DNA of 60,417 bases, filler included, from 4 parts of 4 records of this genome joined end to end with filler, not necessarily neighbours in it; one strand, 5' to 3'. Positions 19,250-29,446 are shown, counted from the first letter of the whole stretch. The notes: generated by a model from the sequence alone, not told the origin. Numbers and translations: made by a program.

Positions 19250-20434
19250 TGTCCATGGCGAATTCGCAAATCAGGCCGCCGCAGGTAACTGAAAAAGGCC
19301 GCGACATAGCTTCTTCCATCGATAATTGTTGAGATCAGCTACTTTGTCGGTGTCCGATGGAGCAGGAGTGAGGCCACCACGGCTCGAATGACACCGATGG
19401 CCGTTGTAGTAGCGCTGATAATGCCGGAGCTTGTTCTCGAGATCAGTCGCAGTCCAGAAGAAGGTCTGATCCAGCAATTCCCGCCTGATGCTGCCAATCA
19501 ACCGCTCGACAAAGGGATGCGACAACGGCACATGTGGGAGTGATTTGATCTCCTCGATATCGAGTACCCGTAGATTCGCTTTCCATTGTTTGTATTGATA
19601 GAGCGGATCATTATCGGTACTGATTCGTTCAGGCCAGCCTTGCTCTCTGGTGGCCTCATTTAACATACGGCAAATAGTAGGCCCATCCACATACCCTTCA
19701 TGGACGGCAAAGCCGATGATCCTTCGCGTGCACTGATCCATGACCACCATTATCCAGTGTGTTTTCAAGGTAATTGATTCAGCGCGAAACAGATCGATGC
19801 TCCACAGACTGTCTTTGGCATGGCCGAGGGTAGTTAGCCAGGCAGGGCCTTGATCGTCTTGATCGGGTTTGTAATGGGTGGCCAGCACCCGCCGGACAGT
19901 GTCCTTGTCCAATTCAAGACCGAATGCTAGGTTGATCTGTTGAGCGATACGAGGGCAGCCGAATCGTGGATTTCGTTGTTTTATTTCAACGATGGCTTTG
20001 ATGACTTCCCCGGATGGACCTTTGGGTCCAGGCCTCCTGCCTCCACGAGGCGAATATAACTGGCGGTATTTTCGTTTCTTCAGTGCACTGTGAAATAACA
20101 GTAGGGTGGAAGGCTTGATGATAACCGCGGTCCTTACGATGCGGCGTGGAGATAAGAACAAAGACAAGAAGCCGAGGAGGGCGCGATCCTGGGTGGTTAG
20201 ATTGGGTGCGCGCTGCCGGGACCTCCTGTGGATAATTAGTTGCTGCTTTAAAAGAAGGTTCTCAGCAATGACTGCTCGGCGACCGCCCGGCTGTATCAAC
20301 TTGGCGATGGTTGTGAGTAGGTGAAGCAGTAGATAAATAACGTCTTTCATGTCACCGAGCGTAGTAAAGCTCTCCGAAGGTGGCAACATTCAAGTCTTTG
20401 ATACTATTGAACAATTAGTATTTCGCCAGGCACA
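19250..20434 (-). mobile_element. IS481-like insertion sequence
   Basis: Ends TGT...ACA; imperfect IRs TGTCCATGGCGAA / TGTGCCTGGCGAA around one rve transposase; no clear target duplication. Confidence 0.75.
19271..20350 (-). CDS. Integrase-core (rve, DDE) transposase
   Basis: 'NPRFGCPRIA' HTH, 'WSIDLF', 'ISTDND', 'FVERLIGSIRRELLD', 'YYNGHRCH'. Confidence 0.9.
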   Translation of the reverse strand: MKDVIYLLLHLLTTIAKLIQPGGRRAVIAENLLLKQQLIIHRRSRQRAPNLTTQDRALLGFLSLFLSPRRIVRTAVIIKPSTLLLFHSALKKRKYRQLYSPRGGRRPGPKGPSGEVIKAIVEIKQRNPRFGCPRIAQQINLAFGLELDKDTVRRVLATHYKPDQDDQGPAWLTTLGHAKDSLWSIDLFRAESITLKTHWIMVVMDQCTRRIIGFAVHEGYVDGPTICRMLNEATREQGWPERISTDNDPLYQYKQWKANLRVLDIEEIKSLPHVPLSHPFVERLIGSIRRELLDQTFFWTATDLENKLRHYQRYYNGHRCHSSRGGLTPAPSDTDKVADLNNYRWKKLCRGLFQLPAAA

Positions 20435-20538
20435 GGCTGATCTGCAGGTAAAGGCCGTTGCCGTAGCCATAGCGACCTGGCGGGCGCTTCCCATAGCCAA
20501 GCTTCTCGGCACTCTTACTCACGATTGCAGTTACTCAT
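20435..20538 (-). pseudogene. N-terminal fragment of P4-type tyrosine integrase (arm-binding domain), frameshifted and cut by the IS
   Basis: Minus strand translates 'KRPPGRYGYGNGLYLQIS' up to the IS end; sits just downstream of tRNA-Cys. Confidence 0.7.
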
Positions 20539-20684
20539 CGTTTTTACTTCCAGATTGCTAATTTTCTCAAGATCCGGAAGAAAACTTTAACACTGACTTA
20601 GTTCGATTAAAATCAGTAAAAGCCAGTGATTCCGCGGCCTGCAGGCCGGGATCACCATAAGTCATTGATTCCCCGTAGAGGGGG

Positions 20685-20758
20685 TGGAGGCTCGGGTCGG
20701 AATCGAACCGGCGTAGACGGATTTGCAATCCGCTGCATGACCACTCTGCCACCGAGCC
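20685..20758 (-). tRNA. tRNA-Cys(GCA)
   Basis: GGCTCGGTGGCAGAGTGG...GCGGA-TTGCAAA-TCCGT...GGTTCGATTCC...GAGCCTCCA. Confidence 0.97.
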
Positions 20759-20787
20759 AAATCGAGTAAGAACTACTCCTGAGAACT

Positions 20788-20816
20788 TGGAGCGGGAAAC
20801 CGGGTTCGAACCGGCG
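20788..20816 (-). tRNA. tRNA 3' portion, probably tRNA-Gly (partial)
   Basis: CGCCGGTTCGAACCCGGTTTCCCGCTCCA; Gly-type acceptor, Gly-Cys order is common; anticodon not visible. Confidence 0.75.
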
Positions 20817-20916
20817 NNNNNNNNNNNNNNNNNNNNNNNNNNNNNNNNNNNNNNNNNNNNTTAATTAATTAANNNNNNNNNNNNNNNNNNNNNNNNNNNN
20901 NNNNNNNNNNNNNNNN
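20817..20916. other. Artificial contig linker (N44-TTAATTAATTAA-N44)
   Basis: N runs with all-frame stop linker; gene content changes across it. Confidence 0.98.
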
Positions 20917-21555
20917 GGTGTTCTTGGTCGACAGGTAGACCGGCCACTTGCGCTGCAGGCCATAGTTCATGCTGGCGCGGGCGAAGTCACGGATCGACTC
21001 GTCGAGGTTATACATGCCCATCGCGATGCCGGAGCTCGGGAAGTCGAATACTTCGAATTCCTTTGAGTCGGAGCCATCTTCAGCTTCCCACTTCATGGTC
21101 AGCTTGCCTTTGCCCGGCACGAGGAAGTCGGTGGCCTTGTACTGGTCGCCGAAAGCGTGACGGCCAACAACGACCGGCTTCGTCCAGCCCGGCACGAGGC
21201 GCGGAATGTTCGAGATCACGATCGGCTCGCGGAACACAACGCCGCCGAGGATGTTTCGGATCGTGCCGTTCGGCGAGCGCCACATCTTCTTCAGGCCGAA
21301 TTCTTCCACACGGGCTTCGTCCGGCGTGATCGTCGCGCACTTCACAGCCACGCCGTATTGCTTGGTGGCGTTGGCGGCGTCGATGGTGATCTGGTCGTCG
21401 GTTTCGTCGCGCTTCTGGATCGACAGGTCGTAATACTTCAGGTCGACGTCCAGGTAGGGGTGGATCAGCTTGTCCTTGATAAGCTGCCAGATGATGCGGG
21501 TCATTTCGTCCCCGTCCATCTCGACGATCGGGTTCTTGACCTTGATTTTCGCCAT
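20917..21555 (-). CDS. icd: NADP-dependent isocitrate dehydrogenase (3' truncated)
   Basis: '[13 protein letters not shown]', '[15 protein letters not shown]', '[12 protein letters not shown]'. Confidence 0.97.
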
Positions 21556-21632
21556 ATTTGGAAGTCCTTGCGCTTGTAATTGTCTGGCAGGCCTATAGCA
21601 GAGCCCGGGCAGGCGTCAAAACAGGTTACGAC

Positions 21633-22394
21633 ATGGCAGATCACCGCAGCCCGGCCATCATTCTCCACTCGCCCCAATTGGGTGAAAATATCGGCGCCGC
21701 TGCCCGTGTCATGCGCAACTTTGGTCTGACGGATCTGCGCCTTGTGACGCCCCGCGACGGCTGGCCGAATCCCGCTGCGGACACAATGTCGGCCGGTGCC
21801 TTTGAGGCGGGCGTGACGGTGTCTGTGCATGAAACACTACAGGATGCGCTGGAAGGTATCACCTGGCTCGCCGCCGCGACGGCGCGGCTGCGGGGCATCG
21901 AGAAGCGGGTGGGAGATGCGCAGGATGCGGCCGAGGTCGCGCACCAGCGGCTCGGCACCGGGAAATCGGCCATCATGTTCGGGGCGGAGAAGTCCGGTCT
22001 GCCGAATGATGCCGTGGCGGTCTCCGATTTCCTGATGACCTATCCGGTCGATGTGGATTTCAAGAGCCTGAACCTCGCGCAGGCCGTCTGCGTGTTCTGC
22101 GCGGAGTGGGGGAAACTGGCCATCGGGCCGCGCGCTGACGAGGGGGACAACAAGGCCGGTCTCGGTGACCTCGCCCCGCGTGACGAGCTTTACCGCATGT
22201 TCGAGCACTTTGAGGAAGAGCTTGAAAGAGCAGGATATTTCTTCCCGCCGGAGAAGACGCCGCTGATGAAGGACAATCTCCGCGCTGCGCTGATCCGGGC
22301 GGACTGGACGCGGCAGGAAGTGCAGACGTTCCGTGGCGCGATCAAGGCACTGGCGCTCGGCCGGGGCAAGGCGCGGGTGATCCGTGACGACTGA
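21633..22394 (+). CDS. trmJ: TrmJ/LasT-family SPOUT RNA methyltransferase
   Basis: 'PQLGENIGAAARVMRNFG', 'FGAEKSGL', 'SLNLAQAV'. Confidence 0.88.
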   Translation: MADHRSPAIILHSPQLGENIGAAARVMRNFGLTDLRLVTPRDGWPNPAADTMSAGAFEAGVTVSVHETLQDALEGITWLAAATARLRGIEKRVGDAQDAAEVAHQRLGTGKSAIMFGAEKSGLPNDAVAVSDFLMTYPVDVDFKSLNLAQAVCVFCAEWGKLAIGPRADEGDNKAGLGDLAPRDELYRMFEHFEEELERAGYFFPPEKTPLMKDNLRAALIRADWTRQEVQTFRGAIKALALGRGKARVIRDD

Positions 22395-23619
22395 CCCGAA
22401 GACTGGCCGGGTCGCAGTCGTCGGCTCCGGCCCGGCCGGCCTGATGGCCGCTGAAATGTTGTCGGAAACGGGTGTCGGCGTGGACGTCTTTGAGGCGATG
22501 CCGAGCGCGGGGCGCAAATTCCTGATGGCCGGGAAAAGCGGACTGAACATATCCCATGCCGGATCATCGCATGACTTCCTCGTGCGATACCATGACTATA
22601 TCGGACTATTCGCTGACCATATCAGAGCTTTCGGACCGGACGAGGTGACCCGCTGGATGGAAGGCCTCGGCATGCTGGCGCATGTCGGCCCAACGGGGCG
22701 AATCTTCCCGCAGTCTATGAAGGCTTCTCCGCTACTCCGCGCCTGGCTGACGCGGCTGGCAGACAAGGGCGTAAGACTTCATCTGAAACACCGCTGGACG
22801 GGCTGGGCGCCTGACGGCGCGCTCGCCTTCGGCACGCCGGAGGGAGGCGTGACGGTTACACCTGCCGCGACAGTGTTCGCGCTCGGCGGCGGCAGCTGGC
22901 GGCGGCTGGGATCGGATGGCGCGTGGGCCAGCCTGTTCGATCAGGCGGGAATCGAAGTGGCGCCATTCCGGCCCTCCAATTGCGGGTTCACGGTCGACTG
23001 GTCGGAGCGGATGCGGGCGCAGTTTGCCGGCGCGCCGGTGAAGGGCGTGCAGCTTGTCGCAGCCGGGCAGGCAACGCGTGAGGAATTTGCGATCACGGCG
23101 CGCGGTGTGGAGAGCGGGGGCGTCTACACGCTTTCCGCCGTGCTTCGCGATGAGATCGAAGCGGCCGGCAGCGCGACGCTGTGGCTGGACTTGCTGCCGG
23201 ACCTGGACGTGGCGGAGATTGCGCGGCGGCTCGCGGCGGCCCCGGCAAAGCAGTCGTTTTCCAACCGGCTCCGCAAGGCGGTCAAGATCACAGGCGTGAA
23301 AGCGGCCCTGTTGTTCGAATGTGAGGCGCGGGATGCGCTAAACGATCCAGCGCGCGCGGCCGAGGCGATCAAGTCGCTGCCGCTTAAGCTGACGGGGACG
23401 GTGCCGCTCGATGAGGCGATTTCGACGGCGGGCGGTGTTGCGTGGACCGCGCTGGACGAGAGACTGATGCTGAAAGCGAAGCCCGGCCATTTCTGCGCGG
23501 GCGAGATGATCGCATGGGATGCGCCGACGGGCGGCTACCTGATCACGGCCTGCATGGCGACGGGCCGGGCGGCCGGACGCGGCGTGCTTGATTGGCTCGC
23601 ACGCCGCGCCGCGGACTAG
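22384..23619 (+). CDS. HI0933/BaiN-like flavoprotein (TIGR03862 family)
   Basis: 'GSGPAGLMAA', 'GRKFLMAGKSGLN', 'AISTAGGV', 'WDAPTGGYLITAC'. Confidence 0.9.
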   Translation: MTTDPKTGRVAVVGSGPAGLMAAEMLSETGVGVDVFEAMPSAGRKFLMAGKSGLNISHAGSSHDFLVRYHDYIGLFADHIRAFGPDEVTRWMEGLGMLAHVGPTGRIFPQSMKASPLLRAWLTRLADKGVRLHLKHRWTGWAPDGALAFGTPEGGVTVTPAATVFALGGGSWRRLGSDGAWASLFDQAGIEVAPFRPSNCGFTVDWSERMRAQFAGAPVKGVQLVAAGQATREEFAITARGVESGGVYTLSAVLRDEIEAAGSATLWLDLLPDLDVAEIARRLAAAPAKQSFSNRLRKAVKITGVKAALLFECEARDALNDPARAAEAIKSLPLKLTGTVPLDEAISTAGGVAWTALDERLMLKAKPGHFCAGEMIAWDAPTGGYLITACMATGRAAGRGVLDWLARRAAD

Positions 23620-23625
23620 TCCGGA

Positions 23626-24390
23626 TTACTTGCCCTTCCAGACGGGGGCGCGTTTTTCGATGAAGGCTTTCGGGCCTTCCTTGAAATCTTCCGTGCCGAC
23701 GATGCTGGCGAAGGCCTTGCCGCTGTCCTTCCAGAGTTCTTCGTCGGTCTTGCTGGTAGCCTCGATCGCGACCGAACGGCTGGCAGCGACGGCGAGCGGT
23801 GCATTGGCCGTGATGCGGGCGGCGAGCTTTTCAGCTTCGGCCATCACTTCGGCTTCCGGGGCAACCTTGTTGACCATGCCGAGCTCATAAGCGCGCTGGG
23901 CCGGCAGCGGATCGCCGGTGAGGATGACTTCGAGTGCCATCGACTTGCCGATAACGCGCGGCAGGCGGAACAGGCCGCCGGCGCCGGCGACGAGCGAGCG
24001 CTTCACTTCCGGCAGACCGAAATTCGTATCGTCCGCGCAAATGATCATGTCGCAGGAAAGGGCGACTTCCGTGCCGCCTGCGAGGGCCGAGCCGGTGATC
24101 GCGGCAATCAGCGGCTTGGTACGCTCGCGCCTTGCGATGCCTGCAAACCCGCCTTTCTTGGTGGAAAGGGCGGCGCCATTGCCAGCCGAGATTTCTTTCA
24201 GGTCGGCACCCGCGCAGAAGGCCTTGCCGACGGCGGTAAGAATGCCCACCCACACTTCCGGGTCGGATTCCATCTGGTCGAGCGCGGCCTCCATCGTCTG
24301 GGCCATTTCGCCATTGATGGCGTTGCGGGCTTCCGGTCGGTTCATCGTGATGATGGCGACGTTACCCTTTTTCTCATATTCGACTGGCAT
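23626..24390 (-). CDS. Enoyl-CoA hydratase / crotonase family
   Basis: 'NRPEARNAI', 'FCAGADLKE', 'ALAGGTE', 'FGLPEV'. Confidence 0.95.
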   Translation of the reverse strand: MPVEYEKKGNVAIITMNRPEARNAINGEMAQTMEAALDQMESDPEVWVGILTAVGKAFCAGADLKEISAGNGAALSTKKGGFAGIARRERTKPLIAAITGSALAGGTEVALSCDMIICADDTNFGLPEVKRSLVAGAGGLFRLPRVIGKSMALEVILTGDPLPAQRAYELGMVNKVAPEAEVMAEAEKLAARITANAPLAVAASRSVAIEATSKTDEELWKDSGKAFASIVGTEDFKEGPKAFIEKRAPVWKGK

Positions 24391-24469
24391 TTGATTTCCT
24401 CCTTAGGGGTTCTTTTCCAAGAGCTAGAAGCGTTTCCCCGACGTCGCGCAAGCACGGTTTTGGCGGGCT

Positions 24470-25036
24470 TTATTGCGTTTCCCGCGGCTCGGTCGTCAGC
24501 GTGAATTGAAGGTGGGCGTTGTAGAGCGGCGGTTCGCCATACTGCATGACGCTCATGTCCGCCCCGATCGCGTCTTCCGGGCGCGTCTTGCCTTCGGCTT
24601 TCAGAAATGCCCGGAAATTGCCTTTTCCGACATGGCCATAGCTGCTCCAATGCTCCCTCGCTGCGAGGCAGCTGGAGATATCGTGAAAGCGGGCGAACTC
24701 GTTCTGGCCGAAAGCCGCACGGCTTTCCTGGGTGATGGGACCGACATCGGATTCGTTCATTCCGCAGGTAAGAACCGAGCTGGTCCGGCCCGCATCGTCG
24801 ACCTTGTCCTGGACGGTGCATTTGGAAAAGAGGCCCAGCAGAGGTTTGGCCGGATAGATATTGTCGTTTCGCAGCTTACCATTCCGCGGCTTGAACAGGT
24901 CTTCCCACGACACGTCCTGCTGGCCGGACACGATCAACGCATCAACAGAGTCGCAAAGCGCTTCATCCGCGGCAGCGGGTGTCGCTAGGACGAGAAGGCA
25001 GGCGAGGCCTGCGAGCGGGGACCGGATTGTGGACAT
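24470..25036 (-). CDS. Hypothetical secreted protein
   Basis: Signal peptide ending AAA-D, four Cys in the mature part. Confidence 0.65.
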   Translation of the reverse strand: MSTIRSPLAGLACLLVLATPAAADEALCDSVDALIVSGQQDVSWEDLFKPRNGKLRNDNIYPAKPLLGLFSKCTVQDKVDDAGRTSSVLTCGMNESDVGPITQESRAAFGQNEFARFHDISSCLAAREHWSSYGHVGKGNFRAFLKAEGKTRPEDAIGADMSVMQYGEPPLYNAHLQFTLTTEPRETQ

Positions 25037-25182
25037 GTAGGGAATCTCCTCTGGACGCGTTCAGGCTAGAGCGTCCGATCGAAGCGGTCACCCCCGGAAT
25101 GGGGACGTCGCGGCGAGCCTTCCCCAACGTCGCGCGCGCAAGCCTCTTGCCGAACCTTGGGGCAAGAGTTTGTAATGGCGAG

Positions 25183-26376
25183 ATGGAACTGAATCTGAGC
25201 CCCGAATACGAAGCCTTCCGGCAGGACGTGAACCGTATCCTGACGGAAAATTTTCATCTTGCCCCCGGGCCGGAAGACAGAGGGATGAAACATCCCAAGC
25301 GTCTCGCCTGGCAGAAATTCCTGATCGAGAACGGGCTGACAGCCCGGACCATCCCGAAGGAATATGGCGGCTATGGCGCCGAGCCCGATCTGTTGAAGTC
25401 CCGCATCATCGCGGAAGAGTTCGCGCGTACCGGCATCGCACGCCCCATGGGCGGGCAGGGTATCTCCATGCTGGTGCCGACCCTGCTGGAACTCGGCACG
25501 CCAGAGCAGAAGGAAGCCTACATTCGCCCAACGCTGTATGGTGAGATGATCTGGTGCCAGGGCTATTCCGAGCCGGGCGCAGGATCGGACCTTGCTGCGG
25601 TGCGCACGGCGGCAGTGGAAGACGGCGACGATTTCATCATCAACGGCCAGAAAATCTGGACCTCGACGGCCAAACAGGCCGACATGATTTTCTGCCTTGT
25701 GAGGACTGACCCTGACGCGAAGAAGCACGAGGGCATCAGCTATGTCCTGTTCTCCATGGAGACGCCGGGCATTGAAGTGCGTCCGCTGGTCGACATGACG
25801 GAGAACGCGAACTTCAACGAAGTGTTCTTTACCGATGTCCGCGTGCCGCAGAGCGGGATTGTGTTCGAGAAGAACAAGGGCTGGCAGGTGGCAAACGCCA
25901 CGCTGACGCATGAGCGCGGCATGCTGGGTGACCCGAACGCCACCAAGGCGCGTTTCCTTGAACTCGTCGAACTGATGAAGGCCGAGACGCTGAATGGCGA
26001 ACGTCTGATCGACAACCCGTTGCTGCGCGACCGGCTGATCAAGCTGCAAGGTGAAGTCTATGCGATGCAGGCCAATGGCCTGCGCGTGACGACCGCCAGC
26101 CTGAAGCGCGAGAGCGCGGGGCTCGCGGGTCTGATCGTCAAGCTGCAGGGCTGTGAACTGAATCACCAGATCGCGGGCCTCGCCATCGACGCGCTGGGCG
26201 AGCTCGGCATTCTTTATGGCGAGGGAGATCATCTGAGAGCGGATGGGTCCTGGCAGTGGCGCTACATGTATGACCTCGGCCTGATCATTGGCGGCGGCAC
26301 GGCGCAGATCCAGAAGAACATCATTTCCGAACGTGGCCTTGGCATGCCGCGCGAACCGAAACCGGCGAAGGTTTAA
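25183..26376 (+). CDS. Acyl-CoA dehydrogenase family protein
   Basis: 'WCQGYSEPGAGSDLA', 'NGQKIWTS', 'FNEVFF', 'IGGGTAQIQKNII'. Confidence 0.95.
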   Translation: MELNLSPEYEAFRQDVNRILTENFHLAPGPEDRGMKHPKRLAWQKFLIENGLTARTIPKEYGGYGAEPDLLKSRIIAEEFARTGIARPMGGQGISMLVPTLLELGTPEQKEAYIRPTLYGEMIWCQGYSEPGAGSDLAAVRTAAVEDGDDFIINGQKIWTSTAKQADMIFCLVRTDPDAKKHEGISYVLFSMETPGIEVRPLVDMTENANFNEVFFTDVRVPQSGIVFEKNKGWQVANATLTHERGMLGDPNATKARFLELVELMKAETLNGERLIDNPLLRDRLIKLQGEVYAMQANGLRVTTASLKRESAGLAGLIVKLQGCELNHQIAGLAIDALGELGILYGEGDHLRADGSWQWRYMYDLGLIIGGGTAQIQKNIISERGLGMPREPKPAKV

Positions 26377-26379
26377 GTC

Positions 26380-27426
26380 ATGGAATTCGCACTCTCAGAA
26401 GATCAGCGCATGCTGCAGGATTCGATCAGCGGATTCCTGAAGGACAATGCGTCCCTCGATAGGATCCGCAAGATCGCCGATGGCGATGCGCAGGCGAAAG
26501 CCGGACTGGATGCCGGCCTCGCGGAAATGGGCATTATGGGCCTGCACGTGCCAGAGGCGATGGGCGGTTCCGGTCTCGGCTTGCTGGAAGCCTGCCTTGT
26601 GCAGGAAGCGTTGGGCTACACTGTCGCGCCTTCCGGCTTTCTTGCAGCGACGGTCGCGGCGGATCTGCTGCCGAACTATCAGGAAGATTATCCGCGCGGT
26701 ATTGCGGACGGGGAGATGGTGTTCGGCCTTGCACTCACCGAGCTCTCCTCGCGCCGGGATGGCGCCGGTGTGACAGCTGAAAATGGCCGCCTGAATGGCA
26801 CCAGCCTGCTCGCCGACGTGCCAGATGGGGCGACCCATGTCCTCGTCGCAGACACGAGCGGCAGTTTCCATGTCGCGGACGACTGGTCAGCCGAATCTAT
26901 GCGTACGATTGACCGGATACGTACGTTCCGGGAACTCGCGTTCGACGGCGTCGCTGCGGAAGCCAGTACACAGCCCGACCCGTCAGCGCTGGCGGTCGCC
27001 CGTCTTCTAATCGCCGCGGATACGCTGGGCGCGGCTCAGGCGATGATCGACAAGGCGGTGGAGTACGCGAAAGAGCGCAAGCAGTTCGGCCGCGTCATCG
27101 GTTCGTTCCAGGCGGTGAAGCATCTCTGCGCCGAAATGGCAGCAAAGCTGGAGCCTGCACGGGCGCTCGTCTGGCACGCGGCCTATGCGATGGACACGAA
27201 TGACCCGGAAGCGCTGGTGATGGCGAACCTCGCTAAGGCGCACATCGCTGAGGTCGGCACGTTCGTCGCGAAGACGGCGACCGAAGTGCATGGCGGTATG
27301 GGCTTCACGGACCTCTTGGGCCTGCACTACTGGTTCAAGCGCATTGGTGTGAACCGGCAACTGTTCGGCAGCCCGGAGCAGGTGCGTCAGACCGCGGCAG
27401 AGCTGCAGGGCCTGGTCGCCGCCTGA
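26380..27426 (+). CDS. Acyl-CoA dehydrogenase family protein (short partner subunit)
   Basis: 'YAKERKQFGRVIGSFQAVKH', 'VHGGMGFT'; adjacent pair typical of heteromeric ACADs. Confidence 0.93.
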   Translation: MEFALSEDQRMLQDSISGFLKDNASLDRIRKIADGDAQAKAGLDAGLAEMGIMGLHVPEAMGGSGLGLLEACLVQEALGYTVAPSGFLAATVAADLLPNYQEDYPRGIADGEMVFGLALTELSSRRDGAGVTAENGRLNGTSLLADVPDGATHVLVADTSGSFHVADDWSAESMRTIDRIRTFRELAFDGVAAEASTQPDPSALAVARLLIAADTLGAAQAMIDKAVEYAKERKQFGRVIGSFQAVKHLCAEMAAKLEPARALVWHAAYAMDTNDPEALVMANLAKAHIAEVGTFVAKTATEVHGGMGFTDLLGLHYWFKRIGVNRQLFGSPEQVRQTAAELQGLVAA

Positions 27427-27506
27427 TCAGGCGCACTCCGTAAGGCCTGGCGGCGCAGGACCGTATCCGGTTCCGCCCGCAGGGCCTGCACGGGACATTG
27501 CCGTAA

Positions 27507-27845
27507 GCAAAGACGGTCTTCCGCGTCCAGCAATCCGCGGAGCCAACCGAGCACGCTGACGCAGCGCTCCAGCTGGCGCGAACGTTCCGGGAAGGACAGA
27601 TTCAGGCGCGTCTGCGGCCCTTCTGGTCGCGGGCCTTCAAGTGCCGGCTCCTACCCGGGCGAGGGCCGTTCTGGTTTTCCGACTATGAGTACCGCGAAAT
27701 CGAGATCCTCGTGCCGGAACATCCCGAAGCCCTGCCGATTGTGGCAGACCCCTATGTCATTATCCGTCCTGAGGGTACCAGGGGCATTCCCGGCATGCTG
27801 GATGCCTCAGCCGAACGCGGTCCGGGAGAGGACGAGGCGGCGTAA
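27507..27845 (+). pseudogene. Possible start-less ORF remnant
   Basis: About 112 open codons '...GPFWFSDYEYREIEILVPEHPEALP...EDEAA*' with no upstream start; ends just before the att-like site. Confidence 0.3.
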
Positions 27846-27862
27846 CGAATTGTTCTGGGAAA

Positions 27863-27879
27863 TGGTGCCCGGGGGCGGA
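27863..27879 (-). other. att-like core: isolated 3' end of a tRNA-Leu
   Basis: Minus strand TCCGCCCCCGGGCACCA with no remaining tRNA body; lies at the switch from core to accessory genes. Confidence 0.75.
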
Positions 27880-27937
27880 GCGACTTAGGGAGTGGTGTCC
27901 CGAGAAAACCCAATAGATTCAGGTGTTCGCAAGGACG

Positions 27938-28002
27938 TGAGTACACTGATACACCGGCCTTGGCAAGCGCTGGTGTATCACTTGGTGGGCTCTGAGTGTA
28001 TC
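27938..28002. repeat. GTGTATCA motif cluster 1
   Basis: TGAGTACAC-TGATACACC (27938-55), TGGTGTATCA (27971-80), AGTGTATC (27995-28002). Confidence 0.8.
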
Positions 28003-28109
28003 GCTTTGCTTATCGCGTGCGCTTGCTTTCCGTTGCTATCCATTCAAGCTTGAGCCTTCAGACATGCGCTTCTAGATTGAGTGCGGTTTAGCTGAAGGGG
28101 ACCGGAACA

Positions 28110-28415
28110 ATGCAGAAGTCCAGCAATATGAAGCGGATGTTAGCGGGGAGTGCTTTGATTGCTCTCACGGGATGCGTTGCCGCGTGGGGCGGTTCGTACA
28201 ACGTGGCGGCGGCGAACAGTCGGTCGGTGGTGATCGAATACGATCCTGTCGTGGTGAATATGCCCGCGCTCTTGCAAGCCGCGCAATCAGCGTGTGATGA
28301 GTATGGCAAGGACGCGGTGCTGGACCGTACCGACAAAGGAAATCTTGGAATTCGCGTGAACACCTACAGGTGCGAAACCAGAGAAGCGGATACGGTCGTT
28401 GACGTCCAAGGCTAA
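28110..28415 (+). CDS. Small lipoprotein, hypothetical
   Basis: Lipobox LTGC, two further Cys. Confidence 0.75.
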   Translation: MQKSSNMKRMLAGSALIALTGCVAAWGGSYNVAAANSRSVVIEYDPVVVNMPALLQAAQSACDEYGKDAVLDRTDKGNLGIRVNTYRCETREADTVVDVQG

Positions 28416-29331
28416 GACTGTCGCCCGCGCAGCTCGCAGGAAACTTGCTAAACTGAAAGCGGCAATGGTTATTCGCTGGGCGCTGGTCTGTGCCTTCGTG
28501 TTGGTCGTCTTTACGGGGTGGTACGCTTGGGATCGCTTCAATGCCTACCAGGCGCAGCACTTAGCGGAGCGAGAGAGAGTCAGTGAGAGTCAGTCGTATC
28601 TCTACGATCTGAAAGCGCAGCAGGACATCGCCGAGTGGTCGTATTCGATGCTTGGCGTGGGAGTCGTAGGCTTCCTTGCGAGTATTGTCGGGATTGGGTT
28701 CGTCTACGAGAACCTACGTCAGATGCGTCGTCAGACACTTGTCACAAGAGAGGTGGGTGAGAAGCAAACTCGTGCATACGTTTTCGCTAGTAGTGCAAGT
28801 GTAGAGGTTCCAGAATCCGAGGGAATTTCACTGCTCGCAAGGCTACCTACATTCATATTCGTAACCGTTGAAAACACAGGCAGCACTCCGGCAACAATTC
28901 TTGCTGGAAAAGCCACGCTGAAGATTGAAACAGGCCTGGCGAATGAACGAATAGTTTCTGCGGAATTGGAACAAGACTCTTCCATCGACGCGCTCATCAC
29001 CGACCATCCACAAAGAATGCGTTTCATTATCCCGCGCGACCACTTCGATATTGAAGAGAAGGCTACCGCTCAAAATGCGTTTGCAAAGATTCAACAGCCG
29101 CAGGCAAAACCAAGTCCCGAGAATGCCTTTGGTCTTTTGAGTGTTTCCGCAAAGATCAAAAAGGTGACGTGCCGTGGAGCGATCACTTACTTTGATGTCT
29201 TCGGTGATCAATTCTCCACCGAATTCCACTTCGAATTCTTCGGATTCCCGAAACAGGGAGCGGTGAACATGCAACCGATTTGGAGCGGCCTTCACATGTT
29301 CAAGAAAGTCAAAGATCGAGAATCCGAGTAG
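28399..29331 (+). CDS. Hypothetical two-TM membrane protein
   Basis: Two TM segments, then 'QTRAYV', 'ENTGSTPA', 'ITYFDVFG' beta domain; start uncertain. Confidence 0.7.
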   Translation: MTSKAKTVARAARRKLAKLKAAMVIRWALVCAFVLVVFTGWYAWDRFNAYQAQHLAERERVSESQSYLYDLKAQQDIAEWSYSMLGVGVVGFLASIVGIGFVYENLRQMRRQTLVTREVGEKQTRAYVFASSASVEVPESEGISLLARLPTFIFVTVENTGSTPATILAGKATLKIETGLANERIVSAELEQDSSIDALITDHPQRMRFIIPRDHFDIEEKATAQNAFAKIQQPQAKPSPENAFGLLSVSAKIKKVTCRGAITYFDVFGDQFSTEFHFEFFGFPKQGAVNMQPIWSGLHMFKKVKDRESE

Positions 29332-29422
29332 GTGGTGCCCTGACCCGGCATCGATATTGGCGAGCGTATTCCTAACAACCACGGGCGATTGCGTCTCTGT
29401 AGCGCGTGCCTGGGGCCGCTGA

Positions 29423-29446
29423 GTGATACACCAGTGATACACTTGG
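29423..29446 (-). repeat. GTGTATCA motif cluster 2 (tandem, 11-bp period)
   Basis: GTGATACACCA-GTGATACACTTGG. Confidence 0.85.

Noticed and set aside
20567-20752. 61-aa ORF 'MAEWSCSGLQIRLRRFDS...'
   Set aside because: It is a translation of tRNA-Cys.
1-20816. tRNA-Cys and tRNA-Leu(TAA) 20 kb apart as one large insertion into a Gly-Cys-Leu operon
   Set aside because: Most intervening genes look native, I found no duplicated tRNA end, and these tRNAs are not adjacent in all gammaproteobacteria.
25066-26232. Long antisense ORFs (388 aa here; also 36526-37350, 40431-41237, 41868-42800, 52697-53425)
   Set aside because: Shadows of well-supported genes on the opposite strand in GC-rich DNA.
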